64,000 bases of DNA. It comes from Candidatus Latescibacterota bacterium (lineage in GTDB: Bacteria > Latescibacterota > UBA2968 > UBA8231). The translations under genes were made by a program, and so were the position numbers. The first letter of the stretch is position 1. Every line of letters begins with the position of its first letter. The stretch is taken from assembly GCA_965223905.1 (NCBI GenBank), contig CBDCXV010000011.1, positions 1,088,001 to 1,152,000 of the forward strand. The letters are read 5' to 3'. Shown here in pieces: positions 17,233 to 26,419 of this stretch. Under the pieces are notes generated by a model. The model was not told the DNA's origin, searched no databases, and saw only the letters and a program-made list of their open reading frames with translations.

Positions 17233-18882
17233 TCAGTCTTCCTTCGCAGCGACTTGGCGAAGGTTGTCTTCGAAAATCGTCACCCGGTCCGCGTATCTTT
17301 CTCTCAGAAAGGTGGTAAACTGGTCGAACCGATTGTTTTCCTTGAGTTTCCTCACCATCGTCCCGGCCTTGAATTCGACGCGTTTGTCCTCGAAGGTCTT
17401 CTCCTCCCGCTCATGGCCGAGAACGGTGAAGATCGAATACCCCCCTTCTACGGCCAAGGGACCCTGGAGCCGGTCGAGGGGCGCTGTTGCCGCCGCCTCC
17501 ACCAGGCCGGGGTAGCGCGGCTTCTCATGGGGATGGAAATGGAACTCGCCGCGGTTTTTCCTGCCGGCGGCGCGCAGGGTGTGCTCGGAGGCCAGGGTCG
17601 GGAAGTCCGCCCCGTCCCGCAACCGCCGCAGCAGGTCCCGGGCCTCGGCCTCGGTTTCGACCAGGATCTCCCGTACCCGGATGATCTCGGAGCCGCGGAA
17701 AAACTCCGGGTGTTCCTCGAAATAGGCCTCCGCCTCCTCCCGGGTCACTGAAACCGGTCTCTTTACGGCCCGCTCGAGCAGCTCTTCGGCAAGCCCCCTG
17801 TCGCGATTCTCCGCGAACCGGGACCTGACAGGGGCGTCCATGCCGAGACGGCCCGCCTCGGCGAGGACCAGCTCGGCGGGGACCGCGAAGTCTCGCAGGA
17901 ACGGCATGACGAGGCTGGTGTCCCCCAGGTCGATTTCGCTTTTGCCGCGATTGGCCAACTGGTCCAGGAGGCGGCCTGCGGTGATGCCGCCGCCGTCGAA
18001 TTCCCAGATGACGGTTTCCCTGCTTACGCCGTCCCGGCCGGCCGCGGCCGCTTCCTGAAAGAGGCGATCCAACCCTTCCGCCACGGGCCCGGAGCGGTAC
18101 TTGCGGGAAAGCTCCTCCAGGTGCCGCCGTCTTTCCCCGCGAAACATCTCCTGGCGATAGTGCTGGCGCAGGCTCTTCGAGTCGCCGTCGAACGGAAGGC
18201 TGCGCTCGGCAACCACCTTGACGAGACCACCGGAGCGGCCGAACCAGACAGGCTCGGACACCTCGTTCAATTCCAGGGAGAAGATGATGTCCTGAAGGGC
18301 GCCCCCGGTGAAGTCGGGTCCGAAGTAGCGGCCCTCGAGCCGGCGCTGCACCGCAGTCGGTTCCGCCCCTTCGCCGCGGAAGCTCTCGAAACCGGCCCCG
18401 GCGCGGATTTTTTCAAGGGCCTCGCGCGCCTCCGGAAGGGTTTGAAACTCGACGACCTCGAGCATGAGCTCGCGGTCCCTCCCGGAATCGTGAAAGAATC
18501 GCCGCAGTTCCCCGGGGGCTATCGCGAGTTCGGCCATCAGTTTCTTGTGGTAGAGCTGGGATATGCTCTCCTCGAGCCGCTTTCGTTGGCGCCTGAGGTA
18601 GTCCGGGTCCCGATCGAGCCCGGTCGCCCTGGCCTCCATGAGCAGAAGCTCCCGGTCGATCATGGATTGAAGGTGCTCCCGATGGCCGTCGATCCCCGGT
18701 TTCTCGGATTTCAGTTTTTCGGGCAGATCCTCGTAGTAGGCATTGTATTTTTCGATGGTAATGGCGACGTCGCCGACCTGGGCCAGGCGATCGCCCGCAC
18801 CGGGGTCCTGGCAGGCCGCCAGAAGCAACCCCAGGAGCAGTACCGGGAACAGAGGGGGTGGTTGTCCGTGACTCATGGCCAT
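17233..18882 (-). CDS. PpiC/parvulin-type peptidyl-prolyl isomerase lipoprotein (SurA/PrsA-like chaperone)
   Basis: Start ATG 18882 or 18876. Lipobox LLLAAC. HLQSMIDRELLLMEA is a SurA N-domain motif. IRVREILVETEAEA...GADFPTLASEHT...GPLAVEGGYSIF is a rotamase domain. Confidence 0.88.
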   Translation of the reverse strand: MAMSHGQPPPLFPVLLLGLLLAACQDPGAGDRLAQVGDVAITIEKYNAYYEDLPEKLKSEKPGIDGHREHLQSMIDRELLLMEARATGLDRDPDYLRRQRKRLEESISQLYHKKLMAELAIAPGELRRFFHDSGRDRELMLEVVEFQTLPEAREALEKIRAGAGFESFRGEGAEPTAVQRRLEGRYFGPDFTGGALQDIIFSLELNEVSEPVWFGRSGGLVKVVAERSLPFDGDSKSLRQHYRQEMFRGERRRHLEELSRKYRSGPVAEGLDRLFQEAAAAGRDGVSRETVIWEFDGGGITAGRLLDQLANRGKSEIDLGDTSLVMPFLRDFAVPAELVLAEAGRLGMDAPVRSRFAENRDRGLAEELLERAVKRPVSVTREEAEAYFEEHPEFFRGSEIIRVREILVETEAEARDLLRRLRDGADFPTLASEHTLRAAGRKNRGEFHFHPHEKPRYPGLVEAAATAPLDRLQGPLAVEGGYSIFTVLGHEREEKTFEDKRVEFKAGTMVRKLKENNRFDQFTTFLRERYADRVTIFEDNLRQVAAKED

Positions 18883-19133
18883 TTCCCTTGGTAATTCCTG
18901 ATTCGAGTATTGCGCGACCTCGAGGAAAATGTCGGAAAGCTTCTCCGTTCGCCCCGGATCGGAATCCGGGTCTCCCCCAATGGGTTGCGCCGATCGGATG
19001 GCAACATATCGACTTGGGAAACCCGCATCAACAACCCCGCTTGACCCCACCTGCCGAGCCGGACCTGGGGCCTGGTCTCTCTCTTTCACTTCTGTGCTCC
19101 CTGCCGCAGGTGAGGGGACCGGGTAGGCATTCC

Positions 19134-19958
19134 ATGCTTCGCCGGCTCCTCACCGGGTTGATCCTGGCAGTGCTCGCCGCGGCCGGCTGCGACCGGGAAG
19201 GCAAGGGGACGGACGGCCCGGAAAGCGCCGACCTGGTAGCCGGCCTCCCGGGAGGCGGGGCCATGGAGTTCGTCTGGATCGAGCCTGGGAACTTGCGCAT
19301 GGGGTCCCCCCTTTCCGACAGTCTGCGGTCCCCGGACGAGGGCCCGGAACACCGGGTTGCGATCACGCGCGGGTTCTACCTGGGACGGTACGAGATCACC
19401 CAGGGCCAGTGGGTGAAGGTGATGGGAACGGCGCCCTGGGAGGGACATCGCCTGGTGCGGTCGGACCCGCGGCACCCGGCGGTCAACATCACCTGGTACG
19501 AGGTGCAGGAGTTCATCCGCCGGCTCAACGCCGCCGCGGGCGAGGAGGTCTACCGCCTGCCGACCGAGGCGGAGTGGGAGCACGCCTGCCGGGCGGGGAC
19601 GGCGACGGCGTGGTCGTTCGGGGACGACCGGGAGCAGCTGGACGAGCACGCCTGGTACCACGACAACGCCTGGGACACCGGCAGGGGGCATCCCCGGGAG
19701 GTGGGAACGCGGCGGCCCAACCCGTGGGGCCTGTACGACATGCACGGCAACGCCATGGAGTGGTGCCAGGATCGGGCGGCGCCGTATGCCGCGGCGGACC
19801 GGGTCGATCCCACCGGCGCGGCCGCGGGGCTCAACCGGGTGATCCGCGGCGGCGACTTCGGCAGCGACGCCCGCTACGTGCGCTCGGCGTTCCGCTGCAA
19901 CCACCCCCCCGACGCCCGCGGCTACGGCCTCGGAGCGCGCCTGGCGCGGAGCCGCTGA
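19134..19958 (+). CDS. Formylglycine-generating enzyme (SUMF1/FGE-sulfatase) domain lipoprotein
   Basis: Lipobox LAAAGC; EGPEHRV, GRYEITQGQW, RLPTEAEWEHACR, PNPWGLYDMHGNAMEW, RGG. Confidence 0.9.
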   Translation: MLRRLLTGLILAVLAAAGCDREGKGTDGPESADLVAGLPGGGAMEFVWIEPGNLRMGSPLSDSLRSPDEGPEHRVAITRGFYLGRYEITQGQWVKVMGTAPWEGHRLVRSDPRHPAVNITWYEVQEFIRRLNAAAGEEVYRLPTEAEWEHACRAGTATAWSFGDDREQLDEHAWYHDNAWDTGRGHPREVGTRRPNPWGLYDMHGNAMEWCQDRAAPYAAADRVDPTGAAAGLNRVIRGGDFGSDARYVRSAFRCNHPPDARGYGLGARLARSR

Positions 19959-20193
19959 CCGGGCCGCGGCCCGGAGCGGTGGCCTCCGGACCGCCTGCGG
20001 GTCATTCCCTGTCCACTGGTCCAGTTTCGGGAGCGGCCGGCGGTCCTTCCCGTTCGACCGGTCCGCGGTGGCGCAACCCCCCCCGCCCCGACAGCGGAAC
20101 CTCGGCCGCTGCCAGTGGCCGAGGGAGGTTCGTTTCCTTCCGCCGGCCCGCGTCCTGCTCCCCGGAGGATCGGACGGCACAGCCTCGGCGAGC

Positions 20194-22674
20194 TCAGTCC
20201 TGCAGCTGCCAGAGGGCGCCGAAATGCCCCGCCTTCAGGTAGCGGCCCTCGGTCTTCCCGAGGAAGCCCCCGTCGAAGATCGCGTAGTCGTAGCCCGCCG
20301 AGTTCGGGAACTGGACCGGGGCGGCGATGTCGAGCCCGGTCATGTGCAGGTTGGCGGTGCCGCGGTGGGTGACCCCGCCGCCGACGAGGACGTAGCGCTC
20401 GGGATTGAGGGGATTCGGGTAGATCACGTGGAGGGCTACGTCCTCCCCGGAAAAGCGCTCCCCCCCGGCGACGACGGCATCGCCGTCGAAGCGGACCGGC
20501 AGGCGCTCGTTGATCTTCCCGATGATCCGGTTCGACCCGGGGTTGCCGAAGAGGACGAGGTTGCGCTCCTCGACGTCGGCATCGGTAACCTCCGTATCGG
20601 CCACCACCCGGCACTCCCCGTCGGCCCAGATCTGCCACCAGGTCTGGGCGAAGCGGGCCTGCCTGCGGTTCGCCGCGGCCTCCGCCTCCGAACCGCCGCT
20701 GCCGTACACCAGCAGGAACGGCGAGTTGAAGGCCTCGAAGATCGGACCGGCCTGACCGGCGCGCTTCTCCATGGCGCTCTCGGACTCGCCGGCCTCCGCC
20801 CAGGAGCCGGCTCCCTTCCCGATGGTCACCTCCCCCGCGGGCCCGTTATAGCTTTCGGCCCCGTCGGTCAGGATGGTCACCGGCTCGTCCATGTTCAGCA
20901 GGTTTTCGTGCAGTTCCAGGGTGTAGCGCGAGACGTTCTCGACCTGCACGTCGACCTTGTTCCCCGGCAGGATCGCCGCCCGTATCTCGGCGGCCTCCCC
21001 GTGCCGCTCGAACTGGTCTATGCGCACCCAGTACGCCCTGTTGAACCGCAGCTCCTCGGTCTGGTAGATCACCTTGTGAGGATGGGAGTGGAGCCGGTGC
21101 CGGCTGAAGTAGTCGTAGAGCCGCGGGTCGTCGGTGCAGGCCTGGGTGCGCTCGGCATCCTGCCACCACCAGTGAGTGGCCTCGGGCGGCTCGTGGTAGC
21201 GGAAGGAATAGTCCAGTTCCTCGAGAATCCTTACGACCTCCCGCGACTGCTCTACATCGACCACCTTGTCCCGGGCTCCGTGGAAGACGTAGGTCGGCAG
21301 GTTCAGGGCGTTCTCGATCACCGGCAGGGCGAAGGAGTTGCCCCCGGCGAACGGGGCCAGGGCGGCGAACAGGTCCGGCTTGCGCAGGCCGATGTACCAG
21401 CTGCCGCGCCCCCCCATGGAGTGGCCGTAGAGGTAGATGCGCTCCTCGTCGATGTTGTAGCGCTCCTGCATCGCCTCCATCATCTCGAGGACGTCCCACA
21501 TGCCCGCCTCCTTGTACGGCACCTCCCCGCGGGCGTTGGCCGCGGCGGTGAAAAGCCAGGGGCGGGAGGAGATCGCCTCGTGGGGTCCGGACGCCGCCTT
21601 GTACCCGTGCATGTTCAGGGCCAGGGAGTAGGCCCTCTCCGGGTCGTACTCGCGCGGCGCGATGATGCGGAAGGGCTGGATCGAGCCGTCGATCCTCGAC
21701 CGGTAGGAGGTGGCGAAGTACTCGCCCCGGGCCCGCAGCCTCGGCTCGAGCCGGAAGCGCTGGACCTCGTCCTCGACGGTGACTACCAGCTCCATGCCGG
21801 TGCTGTCCTCCGGCCCTACCACCCCTTTCGAGCGCATGTGGAACGGAAGTTGCCGGGTGACCCCCGGGGCGATGGACGCGAGCGTCTCCTCGCTGGCCTC
21901 GAGCACCTCGTTGGCCAGCACCGAGGCGCGAACCTCCTTCAGTGGACTCGTGGTGAGGTTGGTGACGTTGATGGCGCCGAGCACGTCGAGCTGCTCGCCG
22001 ACGACGAGGTCGGGAAGGAACAGGTACTGCTCCTCGCCGACGTGCCCTGCCGGGGTGCGGTCGGTGGCGTTGACGAAAAGCCTGGCTTCGGGCTCGAGGA
22101 CGGCCAGGGAGAATTTCCAGGAACAGCAGCGGCGGCCCCCCTTCACCAGGATGCGGTTGGTCCCCTGCTTCAGCTCGACGGGGAACAGCTCCTGGAAGGG
22201 CTTGTAGTAGCGGCTGGCCAAGCTCAGGTGGACGAGCTCCCCGTTGACGCGGATCGCCATCTGGTCCTCACCCCCCATGGCGAGGAAGACGCGCCTCGCT
22301 TCCGGGCTTTCCAGCTCGGCATAGGCGTAGCCGACGCGGCGGCGGGTCTGCCTGCTGTCGCCGGTCGGGTTGGTCAGCTTCATGAAGTCGACGGAGCCGT
22401 TGTCCGCGGCCGTCTGCGCCTGGCAGCCGACCGTTTCCCCGTCCGGGCGCCCGAGCTCCATGCCCTCCTCGAGGCGGGCGTTCTCCTCCCCGCCCACGCT
22501 TTCCAGGTAGTCGATGTGGAGCATGTCCGGTGCGGAGACCCAGGGCCCGCACACAGTCCAGTCGGTGATGTACCCTTCGGCCGCGGCCGGATGGGGCTCC
22601 GCGGCCGAAGGAACGGCGAAGGCGAAGGCGAGAAACGCCATTCGAGCCATACCCCCTGGAACGGATGGTCTCAT
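20194..22674 (-). CDS. Secreted alpha/beta-hydrolase (esterase/peptidase) with N-terminal beta-sandwich domain
   Basis: Signal peptide; LNMHG, nucleophile motif GHSMGG, FHGARDKVV, THWW. Confidence 0.85.
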   Translation of the reverse strand: MRPSVPGGMARMAFLAFAFAVPSAAEPHPAAAEGYITDWTVCGPWVSAPDMLHIDYLESVGGEENARLEEGMELGRPDGETVGCQAQTAADNGSVDFMKLTNPTGDSRQTRRRVGYAYAELESPEARRVFLAMGGEDQMAIRVNGELVHLSLASRYYKPFQELFPVELKQGTNRILVKGGRRCCSWKFSLAVLEPEARLFVNATDRTPAGHVGEEQYLFLPDLVVGEQLDVLGAINVTNLTTSPLKEVRASVLANEVLEASEETLASIAPGVTRQLPFHMRSKGVVGPEDSTGMELVVTVEDEVQRFRLEPRLRARGEYFATSYRSRIDGSIQPFRIIAPREYDPERAYSLALNMHGYKAASGPHEAISSRPWLFTAAANARGEVPYKEAGMWDVLEMMEAMQERYNIDEERIYLYGHSMGGRGSWYIGLRKPDLFAALAPFAGGNSFALPVIENALNLPTYVFHGARDKVVDVEQSREVVRILEELDYSFRYHEPPEATHWWWQDAERTQACTDDPRLYDYFSRHRLHSHPHKVIYQTEELRFNRAYWVRIDQFERHGEAAEIRAAILPGNKVDVQVENVSRYTLELHENLLNMDEPVTILTDGAESYNGPAGEVTIGKGAGSWAEAGESESAMEKRAGQAGPIFEAFNSPFLLVYGSGGSEAEAAANRRQARFAQTWWQIWADGECRVVADTEVTDADVEERNLVLFGNPGSNRIIGKINERLPVRFDGDAVVAGGERFSGEDVALHVIYPNPLNPERYVLVGGGVTHRGTANLHMTGLDIAAPVQFPNSAGYDYAIFDGGFLGKTEGRYLKAGHFGALWQLQD

Positions 22675-22760
22675 GATTGCCTCCCTCTCTCTTGAGGTGG
22701 AAACTCGATTCATCCCCTGCAAGGCTACATCCCCGGACGGGCAGGTCCAAATGGAATGGG

Positions 22761-24230
22761 TCAGTCGCGGTAGTTCATCGGCGCGGAGCGATCCCCGAGC
22801 AGCGGCCGGTAGTCGAAGTCCTGCCCGCGTTTCTCCTCGAACTCCTGCCGGGCCGCAGCGACCAGGGAGGGATCGGTGATCGCGTCTACGGCGCTCATCG
22901 CCAGGGTCTTGGCGGCGACCATCATCCCCTTGATCCCGATGCCGGTGCCCCCGGCCGCGGTCGCCTGCCAGCTGTGGGCGGGAGTGCCCGGGACCCAGGT
23001 CGCCGTGACCAGACCCGCGGTCGGCACGTTCCAGCTCACGTCCCCGACGTCGGTGGAACCTTTGCCGTGCCAGATCTCGTACTCCATGACCTCCGACTGC
23101 GAGCCGGGCTCCCGCTCCCCGCCGCCGAGGGTTGCCCGGATGCGGCGGGCGAACTCATCCTCTTCGCTCGTATACTCCACCCCGCCGACCTCGGTCAGGT
23201 TGGCGTGCACGACCGCGGCGAGGGTTTCGTTGAGCAGCAGGCTGTGGTTGCCGTGGATGACCTCGTGCTCGACCTGGGTCCCCGTGCCCAGCGCCGCCCC
23301 TTCCGAGGCCTGCACCACGCGCGGCCAGATCTCCTCGAGGACCTCGGCTTCCGGGTGGCGGACGTAGTAGTAGACCTCGGCGAAGTCCGGGACGATGTTG
23401 GGGGCGGTGCCGCCGCGGGTAATCACGTAATGGACGCGGGCGACGGAGGGCAGGTGCTCCCGCATCAGGTTGACCATGTGGTTCATCGCCTCGACGCCGT
23501 CGAGGGCGGAACGCCCTCGTTCGGGTGCAGAGGCGGCGTGGGTGGCGATGCCGCGAAAGCGGAACTTCGCCGACTTGTTGGCCACCGAGGTGCGCGGGCT
23601 GGCGTTGTTCCGGTCCGAAGGGTGCCAGTGAAAGACCACGTCGACATCGTCGAAAAGCCCGGCGCGGGTCATGTAGACCTTTCCCGACCCCCCCTCCTCG
23701 GCCGGGGTGCCGTAGACGCGGACGGTGCCGCTCGACCCGGAGCGCTCGAGCCATCCGGCGATGCCGATGGCGGCCGCCGCGGAACCGGTCCCGAACAGGT
23801 GGTGGCCGCAGGCGTGCCCGGCGCCGTCGGGTATCCTGGGCTCCCGTTCGGGGGCATCGGTCTGCGACATGCCGGGGAGGGCGTCGAACTCGGCGAGCAG
23901 GGCGACGACCGGCGCCCCGGCGCCGTACGAGGCGACGAAGGCGGTGGGCAGGGCGGCGACCCCGGCCTCGACCTCGAAGCCGGCGCCGCCCAGCAGGGAC
24001 TGCAGGAGGGCGGAGCTCTCCTCCTCCCTGTATCCCAGCTCGGGGTGCTCCCAGATCTGCCGGGCGATGCCGGCGAGCTCGGAGCGCCTGGATTCGATCG
24101 CCTGCACCGCGGCCTGCTCGCCGGCCGGGGCAGGTCCGGGCCGGTTTTCAGCCTCCGGCGAGCCAGGGGAGGGCGCCGCCAGAACCGTTGCCGCCAGGGG
24201 AATGAAGACCGCTTTTGACGCTCTACGCAT
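22761..24230 (-). CDS. M20 amidohydrolase, AbgB-like (p-aminobenzoyl-glutamate hydrolase subunit B family)
   Basis: HPELGYRE, AEFDALPG, GHACGHH, GTPAEEGGSGK, WHP, GSTDVGDVSW, HSWQ; N-terminal signal-like segment; ATG 24230. Confidence 0.9.
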   Translation of the reverse strand: MRRASKAVFIPLAATVLAAPSPGSPEAENRPGPAPAGEQAAVQAIESRRSELAGIARQIWEHPELGYREEESSALLQSLLGGAGFEVEAGVAALPTAFVASYGAGAPVVALLAEFDALPGMSQTDAPEREPRIPDGAGHACGHHLFGTGSAAAAIGIAGWLERSGSSGTVRVYGTPAEEGGSGKVYMTRAGLFDDVDVVFHWHPSDRNNASPRTSVANKSAKFRFRGIATHAASAPERGRSALDGVEAMNHMVNLMREHLPSVARVHYVITRGGTAPNIVPDFAEVYYYVRHPEAEVLEEIWPRVVQASEGAALGTGTQVEHEVIHGNHSLLLNETLAAVVHANLTEVGGVEYTSEEDEFARRIRATLGGGEREPGSQSEVMEYEIWHGKGSTDVGDVSWNVPTAGLVTATWVPGTPAHSWQATAAGGTGIGIKGMMVAAKTLAMSAVDAITDPSLVAAARQEFEEKRGQDFDYRPLLGDRSAPMNYRD

Positions 24231-24408
24231 GTGCTGCCCTCCAGGAAATCCGGATGAATCGGGTGGGGGTGGGAGCGTGAAATATCGAGGCTGTCCCGCG
24301 GCGGCGCGACCGCATTCCGGAAGCGGAAGCCGCTTTCCTCGAAACTCCCCCCGGCAGGGGCGCGCCTCGGGGGCTTCCCCTCTCCCCTGCTGATCCGAGG
24401 AGAACGCC

Positions 24409-26373
24409 ATTCCTTCCGCACCGCATTCCGGAGTCGCGGGCTACCGCGGCTGCAGCCTGCGAGCCATCGCTGTCGGCCTGGCGTCGGCGGCCTTCATGGC
24501 GGTCGCCATTCCCTACGGCGACATGGTGCTGAAGGGCTCCCAGATGGGCGTCTGGAACACCAACCCCGGTTCGATATTCCTGTTCTTCGTCATCATCGCC
24601 ATCGCCAACGTCATCGTCGGGGCCGTCCACCGGCCCCTGGCGCTGGACCGCAGCGAGCTGGCGGTGGTCTACGTCCTGCTGCTGATCGCCAACACCCTGC
24701 CGGCGCGCGGCTTCGCCGGGTACGTGCCCCCGGTGGCCACGGGGGCCTTCTACTACGCCAACCCGGAGAACAACTGGGAGGAGCAGGTCCACCCCTTCCT
24801 CCCGCGCTGGGCAGTCGTCGACGACGAGCGGGCGGTGACGCGGTTCTACGAGGGGGACGCGGTCAATCCCGCCATACCGTGGGGGGAGTGGATCGGGCCG
24901 GTCCTCGCCTGGATCCTCTTCGCCCTCGCCCTCTACCTGGTGATGGTCTCCGTCTGCGTCATCCTCCGCAAGCAGTGGGTGGAGCACGAGCGGCTCGTCT
25001 ACCCGATGATGCAGCTGCCCCTGCAGATGCTCGAGGACGACGCGCAGCGCTCGACGCTCAAACCGTTCTTCCGAAAAGGTCCGATGTGGCTCGGCTTCGC
25101 CCTGCCCTGCGCCATCGTCTGCATCAACGGACTGCACCACTACTACCCCAACTTCCCGGTGATCGACACCAACTTCGGCACCATCGAGCTGCTCAAAGGG
25201 GGCGCCCATCTGCGCTTCTACCTCAGTTTCACCATGGTCGGGTTCTCCTACTTCGTCACCCGCAGCATCGGCGCCGGACTCTGCTTCTTCTACATCCTGA
25301 ACCGCCTCGAGGAAGGGGTGTTCCATCTCCTCGGGGTCGGCATCGACCCGGGACCGGTCGGCGCCTTCGGGCACTACGCCGATCCCATCGTCATGTACCA
25401 GGCCATGGGCGGAATGATCGTCCTCGTGCTCATGGGGCTGTGGAACGCCCGCCGGCACCTGTTCCAGGTCCTCCTAAAGGCGTTCACCGGGGCGCCGCAC
25501 ATCGACGACTCGCAGGAGATGATGTCCTACCGCCAGGCGGTTTTCGGTGCCCTCGCCGGGCTGATCGCGATGGGGGCCTGGCTGTGGCTGGCCGGCATTC
25601 CCCTCGTCGCCATCGCCGTGCTCTTCTTCGGCTGCCTCGTCGTCTTCCTGACCATCACCCGGGTCGTCATCGAGGGGGGCGTTGCCGTGATGTTTCCACC
25701 GATGACGGGCCCGGACTTCACCGCGGCGGCGCTGGGAACCCGGCTTCTGGGGCCGCACGGCGGCGCCGGCATGGCCATGACCTACGTCTGGGGAACGGAC
25801 GTTCTCGTGCTGCTGATGACCTCCTGCAGCAACGGCCTCAGGCTCGCCGACCAGATCGGGCCGCGCCTGCGGCGCCTGTTCTGGGCGATTGCGATCATGA
25901 TCCCGGTGACCATCCTGCTGTCGGTCTGGGTGCGGCTCGACGCCGCCTACACCCACGGCGCCATCAACCTCAACCACTACTACGCCAACTACGCCGCCCA
26001 GTACCCGTACCGTTTCCTGCAGGCCGTCGTCGCCTCCCCCGCGGGGCCGCACATCGACGGCCTGGTGCAGATGGGGTTGGGCGCCTCCATCATGCTGCTG
26101 CTGGCAATGGCCCACTACCGCTGGGTGTGGTGGCCCTTTCACCCCCTCGGCTTCCCGATCAGCGCCGCCTTCGGAGGAATGTGGTTCAGCGTCGTCATCG
26201 CCCTGGTGGTAAAGACCGTCGTGGTCCGCTACGGCGGGCCGGTCTGGTACCGGCGGACCACCCCCTTCTTCCTCGGCCTGATACTGGGCGAGATCGTCAC
26301 CGCGGGATTCTGGCTGGTCGTCGACTTCTTCACCGGCACGCGGGGAAACGTGCTCGGCTCGTTCCTCAACTGA
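24409..26373 (+). CDS. DUF6785/DUF6784-type polytopic membrane protein (putative transporter)
   Basis: Many TM segments; ILRKQWVEHERLVYPMMQLP, WWPFHPLGF, PFFLGLILGE. First ATG is 24496 but an in-frame ATT at 24409 follows GAGGAG. Confidence 0.8.
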   Translation: MPSAPHSGVAGYRGCSLRAIAVGLASAAFMAVAIPYGDMVLKGSQMGVWNTNPGSIFLFFVIIAIANVIVGAVHRPLALDRSELAVVYVLLLIANTLPARGFAGYVPPVATGAFYYANPENNWEEQVHPFLPRWAVVDDERAVTRFYEGDAVNPAIPWGEWIGPVLAWILFALALYLVMVSVCVILRKQWVEHERLVYPMMQLPLQMLEDDAQRSTLKPFFRKGPMWLGFALPCAIVCINGLHHYYPNFPVIDTNFGTIELLKGGAHLRFYLSFTMVGFSYFVTRSIGAGLCFFYILNRLEEGVFHLLGVGIDPGPVGAFGHYADPIVMYQAMGGMIVLVLMGLWNARRHLFQVLLKAFTGAPHIDDSQEMMSYRQAVFGALAGLIAMGAWLWLAGIPLVAIAVLFFGCLVVFLTITRVVIEGGVAVMFPPMTGPDFTAAALGTRLLGPHGGAGMAMTYVWGTDVLVLLMTSCSNGLRLADQIGPRLRRLFWAIAIMIPVTILLSVWVRLDAAYTHGAINLNHYYANYAAQYPYRFLQAVVASPAGPHIDGLVQMGLGASIMLLLAMAHYRWVWWPFHPLGFPISAAFGGMWFSVVIALVVKTVVVRYGGPVWYRRTTPFFLGLILGEIVTAGFWLVVDFFTGTRGNVLGSFLN

Positions 26374-26419
26374 CTGCAGCTCAAAGCCGCGAGCAGCCTG
26401 CAGACGGGTGCCGCTCCGT

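Noticed and set aside
20068-22695. Long antisense or alternate-frame ORFs (e.g. 20068-22695 +, 6221-8395 +, 12647-14683 +, 30776-33175 -, 61967-63913 +)
   Set aside because: Shadow ORFs typical of high-GC DNA. They overlap genes with clear motifs and have no recognisable features.
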